Shown: positions 28,073 to 38,696 of the stretch, piece after piece
How positions within the stretch are numbered: position 1 is the first letter of the stretch
Layout of the letters: every line of letters starts with the position of its first letter
Assembly: GCA_016839705.1 (NCBI GenBank)
Contig: JAEOTR010000017.1
Coordinates: 32,001 to 96,000, forward strand
Length of the DNA: 64,000 nt
Reading direction: 5' to 3'
From: Promethearchaeota archaeon
GTDB taxonomy: Archaea; Asgardarchaeota; Lokiarchaeia; Sigyniarchaeales; SOKP01
Position numbers and translations under genes: made by a program
The notes under the pieces: model-generated
The model's database searches: none
Seen by the model: only the letters and a program-made list of their open reading frames with translations
What the model was told of the DNA's origin: nothing

Positions 28073-29872
28073 GTGAATAAGGAAAAAGATAAAATTTGGA
28101 TATTCACATTTGAATATGCGGGGATTGTTAAAGTCGGAGGTTTAGGAGAAGTCCCTGCAAATCAGGCTAAACACATTAATAAAGATTATGAAATAACTGT
28201 TTTTATTCCTTCTCATGGTCAACTTAATAATCTTAGGGAGATACACGATTGGGAGAAATTATCATTTAATTGTGTAGGGCAAATAAATCCATCAATTTTA
28301 GGATTAAGTGATCCTATTAGTTATTATCATATTTCCTTTTACAAATCTAAAATTAATAATGTAAATATCGTTTTATTAGTTGGTGAAAATTATTTTGCAA
28401 GCAAATTTCTAGATGATAGTGCTGTATATAATCCAGATACTCTCAATGGAAAGATTTGTCTTTTTAGTATTGGGATGCGATCTTTAGTAAGTCATATGAT
28501 TGAAGATCAAAAAGAAAATGTACCAGATATCATCCATTTACATGATTATCATGCGGTAATCCCTTTTATTGGCATAAAACAGGAACTGATCAACAATGGT
28601 TTAGACGTACACTCTCTAATTACCATACATCTACTCACTTGGCCGAGACACAGCATCGAATTCTATTATGGGTGTGGAATTGATAAAACCCCAATTAAAA
28701 TATTGTTAGAAAATGGTTATAAGTTGTTTTCTATAGATGAAATCTTCAATTTATGTAAAACATCAAGTAGTTATGATGAAATAAATCAACCTCCGACTGT
28801 AGAAAAAATTGGTGCGGTCATTTGTGATTTAGTCACAACTGTAAGCCAATCTTATCTTATATCTGATATAATTCTAAATTGTGGCAACCATTTAATTGAA
28901 TTTAAGTCTGATTTTTTATGGGATGGATGTGATTGGGATTATGATGAGATTAAATTAGAAGTTTTAAGAAAACATGGAGAAGATATGCATAAAGTTTTAG
29001 ACATTCCTCATGAGATAGATTTAACATTTTCAGATATGAAACGATACCTTTTAACTCACAAGATTGCTCATTTGGCCAGAAGTCCCTTAATCAGGTCAGA
29101 AAAAGTTCTTAAAGTAATAAGTGAAATATCGAATGGAAACCAGTTTATCAAAAATGGGAATATCAAAGCATTTAATGAACCTGGGCCATTAGTTATTACT
29201 ACAGGAAGAATATCACATCAAAAAGGATTCGAAACTATTTTTGAAGCCATCCCAGAGGTAATTCAAGCAATACCTACTGCGAAGTTTTTATTTATGATTT
29301 TACCAACGGATTATAGTTTAGAAGAAATCAAATCTTACTCTCATATAGTAAAAAGATATCCAGATAATCTGAGAATTATCTTCGGGGTAGCAAAGGACAT
29401 ATTTTATTTGGCTCATATCTCTGCAGATGTCTACTGTGCTTTATCAAGATGGGAACCATTTGGTATTATCGCTTTGGAAGCGATGGCTTCAAAGCTTCCA
29501 ATTATTGCTACGCGTGTAGGGGGCTTTCAAGAGACAATAATCGATATCAGAAATTCCCCTGAAATAGGTACGGGTATTTTAATTGATAAAGATAATCCTT
29601 CTCAATTTGCCAATGCCTTGATTTCTCTTTTTTTGTTGTCAGAGATTGCCAAAAAGGCAAAATTGAAAGAATCTATTTATGAAACGGAAGTATTAAATTT
29701 AGTTAATCAAATACCTGACGAAATTATTAAATCGTTAGTTTTACTCGATCCTGACGTGTATCAAAAGATTAAAGAAAACTGCTATAAAAGAGTAGAAAAT
29801 AACTTTAGGTGGAGCATCGTATCGAAAAAATTGAGAGAACTATATACTAGAATAAGAGATTTAGATAAATAG
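28073..29872 (+). CDS. glgA: Glycogen/starch synthase (GT5-like)
   Basis: KVGGLG, HLHDYH, TTVS..Y, GRISHQKG, SRWEPFGI.ALEAM. Confidence 0.88.
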   Translation: MNKEKDKIWIFTFEYAGIVKVGGLGEVPANQAKHINKDYEITVFIPSHGQLNNLREIHDWEKLSFNCVGQINPSILGLSDPISYYHISFYKSKINNVNIVLLVGENYFASKFLDDSAVYNPDTLNGKICLFSIGMRSLVSHMIEDQKENVPDIIHLHDYHAVIPFIGIKQELINNGLDVHSLITIHLLTWPRHSIEFYYGCGIDKTPIKILLENGYKLFSIDEIFNLCKTSSSYDEINQPPTVEKIGAVICDLVTTVSQSYLISDIILNCGNHLIEFKSDFLWDGCDWDYDEIKLEVLRKHGEDMHKVLDIPHEIDLTFSDMKRYLLTHKIAHLARSPLIRSEKVLKVISEISNGNQFIKNGNIKAFNEPGPLVITTGRISHQKGFETIFEAIPEVIQAIPTAKFLFMILPTDYSLEEIKSYSHIVKRYPDNLRIIFGVAKDIFYLAHISADVYCALSRWEPFGIIALEAMASKLPIIATRVGGFQETIIDIRNSPEIGTGILIDKDNPSQFANALISLFLLSEIAKKAKLKESIYETEVLNLVNQIPDEIIKSLVLLDPDVYQKIKENCYKRVENNFRWSIVSKKLRELYTRIRDLDK

Positions 29873-29883
29873 GAGAACATAAT

Positions 29884-31065
29884 TTGACACTTTCGAAACG
29901 ATCTGTAATTCTTATTCTATTCTCTATTTTAGTTTTAAACACTGCGGGAATAGGATTAGTTACATATTTACCAAAGTATTTATTATACTTAGGTATAGAA
30001 AATCCCGTTATCCAATTAGTAATGACTATTTTTCCATTAACTTTATTTGTATTTCCACCAATTTTAGGAAAGCTTTCTGATAAATTTCAGAATAGGATTC
30101 TTTTTATAATTATTGGAGCTTTAGGGATTGTTTTATCATTTGTGTTGTTTCTATTTACTCAAAATTTATTCCTAATTATAGCATTATCACTATTATATGG
30201 TTTTTTTGGAGCTGCTTTTCGAATTATTTTCACTCTCTATGCCGAATTAGTAGATAATGATACGAGATATATCTCTTATTACAATGCCGTAAGCACATGC
30301 GGATGGTTTTTGGGAAGCCAGTTAGGAGGAATTTTTATTGATGTATATGGGATTCAAAATATCTTCTTATTTCTAATTTTATTTTCAACAATAAATCTAG
30401 GCTCCATTCTTCTCATAAAGGAGAATAGAACTTTAATTTTAAGTCATTATGATAATAAAACTAATGAATCCCGTAACAACATAAATGAAGTAAAAACAAT
30501 TTCAATTTCGGTATATCTTGGATTATTTTTCAGAAATTTCGGCATAAAGCCAATCATGGTTGTTCTCTCAATAATTATGGGTTTTCATATTTCCAGTGAT
30601 ACACAAGTAGGATTTTTAATAGGTTTAAATTTCTTAATTCAAGTTGCCTTAATGCTATTAATAGGACATATTATTTCAGAAAAAAATGAAAAATTGATAC
30701 TTATCCTCGGATATTTTTTTAGCACAATCGCAATATTAGGATATATTTTTTCAAATAGTTTTTTCAGCTTTTTAATATCCCAGATTTTTATTGCGTTCAG
30801 TTATTCAATGTTTTGGTCTGCTACCGTTATGTATATCGCACAAAATTCTACCCCAAAAAATAAAGGTCGATATATGGGATATGCAAACTCAAGCACTTTT
30901 TCTGGTGGCTTTTTAGGAGGACTCCTATTTAGTTATCTATTAGTGGTGTTTAATTCAAATTATTATAGTGCAATGTATTTTATGATTATATTTCCCGTAC
31001 TTTCTTCTATAAGTATATTATTGAAGTTTAAACAACATTCAAAGCCAAAACTAATTAATAAATAA
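29884..31065 (+). CDS. MFS transporter
   Basis: 12 TM pattern, GKLSDKFQNR motif A. Confidence 0.9.
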   Translation: MTLSKRSVILILFSILVLNTAGIGLVTYLPKYLLYLGIENPVIQLVMTIFPLTLFVFPPILGKLSDKFQNRILFIIIGALGIVLSFVLFLFTQNLFLIIALSLLYGFFGAAFRIIFTLYAELVDNDTRYISYYNAVSTCGWFLGSQLGGIFIDVYGIQNIFLFLILFSTINLGSILLIKENRTLILSHYDNKTNESRNNINEVKTISISVYLGLFFRNFGIKPIMVVLSIIMGFHISSDTQVGFLIGLNFLIQVALMLLIGHIISEKNEKLILILGYFFSTIAILGYIFSNSFFSFLISQIFIAFSYSMFWSATVMYIAQNSTPKNKGRYMGYANSSTFSGGFLGGLLFSYLLVVFNSNYYSAMYFMIIFPVLSSISILLKFKQHSKPKLINK

Positions 31066-31109
31066 AAAATTTGGGATTTATAATTTTAATCCACATCAAA
31101 TTGATTAAA

Positions 31110-32291
31110 TTGGTTTTATTAAAAAGATCTGTTATTTTAATTTTAATCTCGGCATTTATTATTTTTTTAGCAGCTTGGATGGTTATGGCGTTTTTACCTC
31201 AATATCTTCAAGTATTAGGTACTCCAGGTCCGATTATACAAATAATAATAACAATTTTCCTCTCTACATTATTCATATTCCCATATATTTTAGGTAAGTA
31301 CTCAGATAAAATCCAGAATCGAAAGTATTTTATAATAATTGGAACTGCGGGTATGATTTTAACTCCATTTCTATTACTATTTACAACAAATTTAATCCTA
31401 ATCACTATAATATTATTTTTTTTTGGAATGTTTGCATCTACTTCTTCGATTATATTTACATTATATTCAGAGTTAGTTCAAAATAATTCCAAATGGATAT
31501 CTTACTATAATGCCCTAACAGCTTTGGGATGGTTTGTGGGAGCGCAAATAGCAGGTGTATTTATCGAGATTTATGGGTTTAATCTTGTATTTTTACTTTC
31601 TTTAATTGGTATGGTGATAGGTATGATATTTGTTGTTTTTATTAAGGAAGATAGGCAAATTATCGTGAATTCTGCGAAAGAGAATAGAATAATAGATGTG
31701 AATAATTCTCAAAATGATGAACTTTTAGTATCTAAATCAATTTATTATGGTGTATTTTTTAGAAGTTTTGGAATTCAACCAATTTTGGCTGTGCTTGTGG
31801 TAATCATGGGTTTTCATTTAAATAGTGATATAGAAATGGGATTTTTACTTGGGTTAAACCCCCTACTACAATTTTTTCTTATGATTTTATTGGGAAGGTT
31901 AATAACTGACAAAAATTTTAAGCTTTTTATGTTTAGCGGTTATCTATTAAGCATTTTGGTCATTTTGGGATTTCTTCTCGCCGCAGATTTCTGGGGTTTT
32001 TTATTATCTCAATTTCTAGTAGCATTTAGCTTCTCAGTATATTGGATGACAACACTGACTTATATTTCAAAAAACACAACTCCTCAAAATAAAGGATTGT
32101 ATATAGGTTATGTAAATACTAGTGCATTTGCGGGAAATGCAATTGGTGGTTTGTTTTTAGGTTTGTTATTAATTTTCGTTAATTCAGATTATTATATCGC
32201 TATGTATTTCATGATAGGTTTTCCTATAATAGCATCAATACTCATTCTATTAGGTAGAAAAAAGTTATTTACTATCCCAAAAAGGATTTAA
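31110..32291 (+). CDS. MFS transporter (tandem paralog)
   Basis: GKYSDKIQNR; TTG 31110 aligns N-terminus (KRSVILIL) with upstream paralog. Confidence 0.9.
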   Translation: MVLLKRSVILILISAFIIFLAAWMVMAFLPQYLQVLGTPGPIIQIIITIFLSTLFIFPYILGKYSDKIQNRKYFIIIGTAGMILTPFLLLFTTNLILITIILFFFGMFASTSSIIFTLYSELVQNNSKWISYYNALTALGWFVGAQIAGVFIEIYGFNLVFLLSLIGMVIGMIFVVFIKEDRQIIVNSAKENRIIDVNNSQNDELLVSKSIYYGVFFRSFGIQPILAVLVVIMGFHLNSDIEMGFLLGLNPLLQFFLMILLGRLITDKNFKLFMFSGYLLSILVILGFLLAADFWGFLLSQFLVAFSFSVYWMTTLTYISKNTTPQNKGLYIGYVNTSAFAGNAIGGLFLGLLLIFVNSDYYIAMYFMIGFPIIASILILLGRKKLFTIPKRI

Positions 32292-34232
32292 GGTTTGAAT
32301 CAGAGCGTTGGGTTTATCAGGAATAATTTCTATTTCATCTCTTATCCACTCAGAAATCCATTTATTTTTAGCTTTAAAACGACTATCAAGAAATATTATC
32401 GCTCCTTTATCCGTAATTTTTCGTATTGGTCTACCAGAAGCTTGATTTGCTCTTTGAACTGCGGGATATAAGTAGGCAAAGTTCCACCCTTGTCGATAAA
32501 AAACTTTATCATAATATTTAATTTTTGCATTAACTCGTGGAGTAGGTAAATGATAAGGGAAGCCAGCAATGACCACAGAGTTCATGTGATTTCCCGGATA
32601 ATCTTCCCCCTCTGAATTTCTCCCCCCACATACACCAAGTAAAACCGCACCTCCATTTGAGGACATTGTTTTAAATTGATCAACCATTGCATTGTTCTCG
32701 GAAGCTGATAATCCAGGAGCTTCTTTAAAAAAGCTCTTGTTGTTTCTTTCTACAATTTTATCTATCCCATTAGAAAGAAGTCCTTTAAGTATTTGATATG
32801 AGGCACAAAAGATACCAACGTTCGCAGGCGTACAAGCCAATACTTCATTGATTTTATTAATTATTTTCTCAAACATTTCAGGAGTTCTATTTTCGCGCTT
32901 AGTATCTACTCCCTCAACAATAACAGCCTTAATATTTTTCTTTTGGAAAGGAGAATTTGCAATTATTTCATTGAAACTTTTACCACTCTCATTTAATCCC
33001 ATTAGATTTTTATACACAAAAGAGTTTACTGTCCCAGAAAGATTTAAGGAAGTATAAACTGATTTTAAGATAGGAATTACGATTTCTCTTGGATCTAAAG
33101 CCACAATCTCTAAAGAAATTGATTTTTTTCCTTTAACTAGCTTAACTGTAAAACAGAAAAAATAATTTTCGAGGTTGTATGTTTTTAGCCATTTTAACCA
33201 AAACTCAGAGAAGGAACCTAAGAAATCTCTTGAAATTTTCCCATCTGAGATTTTCTCATCATGCACTGAAATACTGAATTCCTGCATTTCTTCAATTAAA
33301 TTCTTAAATTCATTTAAATCACTAAAATCTAATTCTTTAAAAAGGAGTTTTAAATATTGAATTGGATCCAGTGCTTGCTCCCCTAAATATAATTTATTTT
33401 TTTTCTCATCGAAGTGATCTAATAAAGTACTCACAAATCTTTGCATCGATCGTGGTGATCTATACATTTCTAGGTCCTTCAAACATAATCTCAATGAATA
33501 TGGTGTTATTCTATTAGAATTCACTTCTGTTGCTACGTCAATTATATTATGACATTCATCGAGAACTAAAATACAATTTTTAAGTTCTTGATCAACAAAT
33601 TGTAAAAAAAGATCTCGAATGAAGGGATTGAATATCCATTGATAATTACAAATAATCACTCTCATTTCTTTTAATAAAAATTTACATAAAAAATAAGGAC
33701 AGATTTTCTCATCCTTACAAAATCCTATTAGTTCCTCAGCATCAATTGGTTTGTTGAATATCTCTGGGGCAATTTTTATTGGATTCTCTACTTTTCCTTT
33801 TTTTTTTATTAAGGTTAAAAAGTGAGAACAATTTCTGTTTTGCCTTAAATCTTTACAAACTGACATAGACTCTTTTGGATTCAATTTTAGGCTTAATAAA
33901 GTATGATTAAGGCACATTTCATTTCTCCCTCTAATTGAAACTCCATTTAGTTTCAATCCAAGGTTATCACTCTCCAATTTTTGTGAGATTTTTATTAGTT
34001 CTTTAATAACCCTTCTATTTTGAGAGTGTGTACGGCACATGTAAATGATTTTTAAATTTTTCTCAAATGCTAAAGACAGTAGTCCACTTAAGGCAATAAT
34101 TGTTTTTCCAGCACCATTCGGTGCTACTAATAAAATATTTTTCCTTGATTTTGAGTCTACCTCAATTTGTTTGATAATTTTTTCTTGTTCTCTTCTAAAT
34201 TGATCGTACGGAAAAAAAGATAAGTAATTTAT
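32265..34232 (-). CDS. xpd: XPD/Rad3/DinG Fe-S DNA helicase; extended 64 codons 5' of track start, probable ATA start
   Basis: Extension has Q motif FFPYDQFRREQ and Walker A APNGAGKT; body has four Fe-S Cys, DECHN, SGT, SEGEDY, QASGRPIR. Confidence 0.9.
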   Translation of the reverse strand: MNYLSFFPYDQFRREQEKIIKQIEVDSKSRKNILLVAPNGAGKTIIALSGLLSLAFEKNLKIIYMCRTHSQNRRVIKELIKISQKLESDNLGLKLNGVSIRGRNEMCLNHTLLSLKLNPKESMSVCKDLRQNRNCSHFLTLIKKKGKVENPIKIAPEIFNKPIDAEELIGFCKDEKICPYFLCKFLLKEMRVIICNYQWIFNPFIRDLFLQFVDQELKNCILVLDECHNIIDVATEVNSNRITPYSLRLCLKDLEMYRSPRSMQRFVSTLLDHFDEKKNKLYLGEQALDPIQYLKLLFKELDFSDLNEFKNLIEEMQEFSISVHDEKISDGKISRDFLGSFSEFWLKWLKTYNLENYFFCFTVKLVKGKKSISLEIVALDPREIVIPILKSVYTSLNLSGTVNSFVYKNLMGLNESGKSFNEIIANSPFQKKNIKAVIVEGVDTKRENRTPEMFEKIINKINEVLACTPANVGIFCASYQILKGLLSNGIDKIVERNNKSFFKEAPGLSASENNAMVDQFKTMSSNGGAVLLGVCGGRNSEGEDYPGNHMNSVVIAGFPYHLPTPRVNAKIKYYDKVFYRQGWNFAYLYPAVQRANQASGRPIRKITDKGAIIFLDSRFKAKNKWISEWIRDEIEIIPDKPNALIQTLNPFWDSK

Positions 34233-34330
34233 TTTCTACACCTAAATTCTAATTAACTAAGCGTTGCATTTTTAAATATTTTTAAATTTTATATTGCCAA
34301 AGGGTATAAAAATTTATTCAATTATCGATA

Positions 34331-35761
34331 TTAATCGTGTAATACTGGTTTTCTAGCAGCTAGAACCGCATCCAAACGTTTAATTGGAGTATTATGAGGA
34401 GAGGTTTTTAGTGTATTTGGATCTGATTCTGCTTCATAGTATATTTTATCCATTACTTCAATAAAATGATCCAAAGAGGCTTTTGATTCAGTTTCAGTGG
34501 GTTCTATCATTAATGCTCCCTGAACCACTAGAGGAAAGTAAACCGTTGGGGCATATATTCCATAATCAAGCATTCTTTTAGCAACATCTTCGGTAGTTAT
34601 ATTATTAGGTAAATTGCGATCAGTGATAACGAATTCGTGTTGACAAGTACGCTTATATGGTAAAAAGTAATTATCTTTCAAAAGTACTCTTAAATAATTG
34701 GCATTTAAAACGGATATCTGTCCAACTCTTTTTAATCCCTCAGCACCTAATGCTAATATATAAGCGTAAGCCCGAACTATTATCCCAAAATTTCCCCAAA
34801 ACGCTTTAATTCGGCCTATAGAATTATCATTGTTTTCTTGGCAAGCTAAACCATTTTCAGTTGATATTATACATGGTCCTGGAAGATATGGGACAAGTTC
34901 ATCTATCACTCCTAATGGTCCTGAACCTGGACCTCCACCTCCATGTGGTGTTGAAAAAGTTTTATGCAAATTCAGATGGACAATATCAAATCCCATATCT
35001 CCGGGTCTACAAATACCCAATATGGGATTCAAATTTGCACCATCATAATAGCATAAACCCCCATTTTCATGAACAATTTTGGTGATTTTTTTAATTTGCC
35101 GATCAAATATTCCTAATGTATTAGGATTCGTTAACATAATTCCTGCTACATCACCATCTGCCATAGCATATTCTAAATGATCAAGCGGTACTTCCCCAAA
35201 TTTATTCGATTTTAATTCTATAATTGAGAATCCTGCCATTTTAGCTGAAGCAGGATTAGTTCCGTGAGCTGAATCGGGTACAATAATTTTATGTTTTTGA
35301 ATTCCTTTTGATTCAAAAAACTTTTTTATAATCAATAATCCTGCTAATTCTCCATGCGCCCCAGCTGCAGGTTGAAGTGAAAAACCATCCATACCTGTTA
35401 TTTCCCCTAATAATTTTGAGATGCCATATAATAATTCAATCGAACCATGATTTTCTTCTTGAAGGGGATGTACTTGGGAAAATCCTTTTAACCTTTCTAC
35501 AACTTCATTAATTTTCGGGTTATATTTCATGGTACAAGAACCAAGAGGATATATTCCTGTATCCACACCATAATTATGTTGGCTTAACTTGACAAAATGA
35601 CGAATAATTTCAATTTCTGGAATATTCGGAATAGGAATTTTTTCTCTAATTAAAGATTTAGGAAGTATTTCATTGAGATCAACGACTTCTATGTCCATAT
35701 TTGGTATGTAATTACTCTGGGCTCCATTGATTCCTCTATCGAATATTAAATCAGATTTTAT
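34331..35761 (-). CDS. gcvPB: Glycine dehydrogenase (decarboxylating) subunit 2; extended 21 codons, probable ATA/ATC start
   Basis: YPLGSCTMKYNP, HLNLHKTF.TPHGGGGPG; extension contains conserved LIF(D/E) N-terminus. Confidence 0.95.
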   Translation of the reverse strand: MKSDLIFDRGINGAQSNYIPNMDIEVVDLNEILPKSLIREKIPIPNIPEIEIIRHFVKLSQHNYGVDTGIYPLGSCTMKYNPKINEVVERLKGFSQVHPLQEENHGSIELLYGISKLLGEITGMDGFSLQPAAGAHGELAGLLIIKKFFESKGIQKHKIIVPDSAHGTNPASAKMAGFSIIELKSNKFGEVPLDHLEYAMADGDVAGIMLTNPNTLGIFDRQIKKITKIVHENGGLCYYDGANLNPILGICRPGDMGFDIVHLNLHKTFSTPHGGGGPGSGPLGVIDELVPYLPGPCIISTENGLACQENNDNSIGRIKAFWGNFGIIVRAYAYILALGAEGLKRVGQISVLNANYLRVLLKDNYFLPYKRTCQHEFVITDRNLPNNITTEDVAKRMLDYGIYAPTVYFPLVVQGALMIEPTETESKASLDHFIEVMDKIYYEAESDPNTLKTSPHNTPIKRLDAVLAARKPVLHD

Positions 35762-37104
35762 GATGATCTACCCTCCATATTATTTTCTAATGCCTTTTGA
35801 GCAGCAGAAATAAATCTATTGATTGAATTCTTTGAATTCATTTCAGTAACGCATACTAATGCGATATTTTGCATATCAGGATAATACTTTGAAATTTCCA
35901 ATGGAGGTAATAAATCGTGTTTCTTACACTCTACAATCAAAGAATTAATATTTGGACATTTAACTATAAACTCATTATATGTTGGTTTCTGATTTAAAAT
36001 TGTGTATCCCGGAACTTTAGAGAGTTTTTGCTTGAGATAATGAACTTTTTGAAGATTTTGGAGGGCTATTTCCTTTAATCCTGTCTCACCCATTGCTAAA
36101 AGATAGGTTAATGCTGCCAATGCACATAATGCTTGATTCGTACATATATTTGAACTGGCTTTTTCACGTCGAATATGTTGTTCGCGTGCTTGTAAAGTTA
36201 AAATAAAACCTTCTCTTGAACCATTAATCTCTTTAGTTTTTCCAACCAATCTTCCGGGCATTTTTCTTAAATATTTCTGTCTTGCAGTAAATATTCCTAA
36301 TCCTGGTCCTCCAAAAGAAGGATGAATCCCGAAAGATTGGCCTTCAGACACAAAAATATCAATCCCCATTGACCCAGGGGGTTTTAAAATACCCAAACAA
36401 GTTGGATCTGTCATTATTTGGATTACTAAACAACTTGGTGATACATCCTTGATATTTTTAACTAAGTCAGATATATCTTCGATATCACCAAAGAAATTAG
36501 GACTCTGGAATAATACTGCAGCCACATCTTCGTCTAATTGGGCAATTAAAGTATTTTCTTTTGCTAGTTTGATATTAATATTTTGACCCCAACAATAGGT
36601 TTTAACAACTTCGATATACTCTGGATGAATTCCATCAAGCAGAACTATAGTTTTTTTATTAGTAATTAGACTAGACATAACTGCTGCTTCAGCAAGGGCA
36701 GTAGAACCATCATACATGCTTGCATTAGCGACATCCATTTGAGTTAGTCGGGAGATTATCGTTTGATACTCATAAATAGCTTGCAAATATCCTTGGCTTG
36801 CTTCTGCTTGATAGGGGGTGTAGGAAGTGTAAAATTCTGATCTTGAAATTACGAAATTAACCAAAGAAGGTATGTAATGGTAATAACATCCTGCACCTAA
36901 GAATGAATTAGAATAAATTTTGTTTTTTTTTGAAATTCCTTCCATGAGTTGTAAAAGATCAGGCTCAGATAAACCAGGAGGTAAATCTAATTTCTCTATG
37001 ATTAGATCTTTCGGTATATCGTGAAAAAATTCTTCCAAACTAGAAACACCAGTTACTTTTAGCATCTCGGCAATGGTTTTATTATCCTGTGGGACAAAAT
37101 CCAT
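35758..37104 (-). CDS. gcvPA: Glycine dehydrogenase subunit 1
   Basis: FLGAG.Y, YTPYQAEASQG.LQ, NASMYDG, QAREQHIRREKA.SNICTNQAL. Confidence 0.96.
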   Translation of the reverse strand: MDFVPQDNKTIAEMLKVTGVSSLEEFFHDIPKDLIIEKLDLPPGLSEPDLLQLMEGISKKNKIYSNSFLGAGCYYHYIPSLVNFVISRSEFYTSYTPYQAEASQGYLQAIYEYQTIISRLTQMDVANASMYDGSTALAEAAVMSSLITNKKTIVLLDGIHPEYIEVVKTYCWGQNINIKLAKENTLIAQLDEDVAAVLFQSPNFFGDIEDISDLVKNIKDVSPSCLVIQIMTDPTCLGILKPPGSMGIDIFVSEGQSFGIHPSFGGPGLGIFTARQKYLRKMPGRLVGKTKEINGSREGFILTLQAREQHIRREKASSNICTNQALCALAALTYLLAMGETGLKEIALQNLQKVHYLKQKLSKVPGYTILNQKPTYNEFIVKCPNINSLIVECKKHDLLPPLEISKYYPDMQNIALVCVTEMNSKNSINRFISAAQKALENNMEGRSS

Positions 37105-37169
37105 ATGAACTATTTCAACTCAGTTGTTTACATTTAAAAATTAATTTAACGAATAAAAGAAAAAAAATA

Positions 37170-37565
37170 TTATTGTTCTTCTGATTTGACATATTCTTTA
37201 TAATCTTCAACAGATATAAGTTCTTCAATTTCATTTGGATGAGAAATTTTAATCTTCATCATCCATCCACTATCATAAGGAGAATTATTTGCAAGTTCGG
37301 GATTATCAACAAGTCGCTTATTTATTTCAATAACTTCCCCAGATAGAGGCATTATTAGATCTCCTACTGCTTTCACCGATTCAATTTCACCGGCGTGACT
37401 TTCTTTTTCAAAAACCATTCCGACATCTGGGAGTTCAATAAAGACAATATCACCTAAATTATGTTGAGCGTAATCCGTTATCCCAACAACAGTAACACTA
37501 TTCTCAAATCTTACCCATTCATGAGTTGTTGTGTACATCAATTCACTTGGAAATTCATAACTCAT
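37170..37565 (-). CDS. gcvH: Glycine cleavage system H protein
   Basis: HEWV, GITDYAQ..LGDIVF, ESVKA lipoyl-Lys, N.SPY..GW. Confidence 0.97.
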   Translation of the reverse strand: MSYEFPSELMYTTTHEWVRFENSVTVVGITDYAQHNLGDIVFIELPDVGMVFEKESHAGEIESVKAVGDLIMPLSGEVIEINKRLVDNPELANNSPYDSGWMMKIKISHPNEIEELISVEDYKEYVKSEEQ

Positions 37566-37598
37566 TTTTTTTCACATTTTTCTATGATTCTTTATTAT

Positions 37599-38696
37599 TT
37601 ACACATTTCGATAAAAAGGTGTAGAAACTATGATACCCTGTACAACCTTCCCACGGATTTCAATTTCTAACTCAGTCCCAACTTCATTAAACGGAATTTT
37701 TACCAATCCTAAACCGATAGTCTTCTTAAGTGTAGGTGAATATCCACCAGAAGTTACATATCCTATTTCATTACCGTCTTTAAAGATTTTACAATTCTGA
37801 CGAATAATACCTTTACCCCGTAAATTAAGGCCAACTAAGATTCTCTCTGTACCTTCAGATTTCTGTTTCAATAAATTTTCTTTTCCAATATACTCAACAC
37901 TTTTTTTAGGTTTTACTAGCCAGTTCAATCCTGCTTCAATTGGAGTGATAGTGTCATTAATTTCGTGCCCATATAATGAATAAGCTGCTTCTAATCTTAA
38001 TGAATCTCTCGCACCTAAACCAGCAGGACTAGCTCCTGTCTTTAATAAATCATTCCAGATTTTCTCTGAATTTTCTTTATCAAAAGAAATTTCAAATCCT
38101 CTTTCTCCTGTGTATCCCGTTCTAGCTAAAAAGATAGGTATATTGTTCAGTTTACAATGTTTGAAATAAAACCTTTTAATATCAGATAGATCAATATCAA
38201 CAAGCGGTTGAAGTAGATCGTCTGATTTAGGCCCTTGTAATGCTAAACGACTTCGTTTTGAAGTTAGATCTTGAATTTTCACGTCTTTTCCCTTAATATG
38301 TTCATTTAACCACTGAAAATCCTTTTGAATATTTACAGCATTTACGATTATTCTAAAAAGTTCAACATTCTCTTCATAGTAGAACAAATCATCAACAACG
38401 GTTCCATTCTCATAGCACATGCAAGAATATTGTCCTTTAGATTCTTCCAGTAAATTTAAATCATTTACCATGATATATTGAAGAAAAGGGAATACATCCT
38501 TACCATTGAGTAAAAATTCTCCCATATGAGATATATCAAAAACTCCTGCGTTGGAGCGAACGTTCTCGTGTTCCTTAATTATACTCTGATATTGAACTGG
38601 CATCAACCATCCAGAAAAGTTAACTATTCGTGCACCGAGATTTTTGTGAATCTCGTAAAGGGGTGTTCTTTTATTACCGTTTTTTTCAATATCCAC
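37599..38696 (-). CDS. gcvT: Glycine cleavage aminomethyltransferase T
   Basis: RTPLY, FDISHMG, RTGYTGE.GFE, GLGARDSLRLEA, GYVTSG..SP. Confidence 0.97.
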   Translation of the reverse strand: MDIEKNGNKRTPLYEIHKNLGARIVNFSGWLMPVQYQSIIKEHENVRSNAGVFDISHMGEFLLNGKDVFPFLQYIMVNDLNLLEESKGQYSCMCYENGTVVDDLFYYEENVELFRIIVNAVNIQKDFQWLNEHIKGKDVKIQDLTSKRSRLALQGPKSDDLLQPLVDIDLSDIKRFYFKHCKLNNIPIFLARTGYTGERGFEISFDKENSEKIWNDLLKTGASPAGLGARDSLRLEAAYSLYGHEINDTITPIEAGLNWLVKPKKSVEYIGKENLLKQKSEGTERILVGLNLRGKGIIRQNCKIFKDGNEIGYVTSGGYSPTLKKTIGLGLVKIPFNEVGTELEIEIRGKVVQGIIVSTPFYRNV

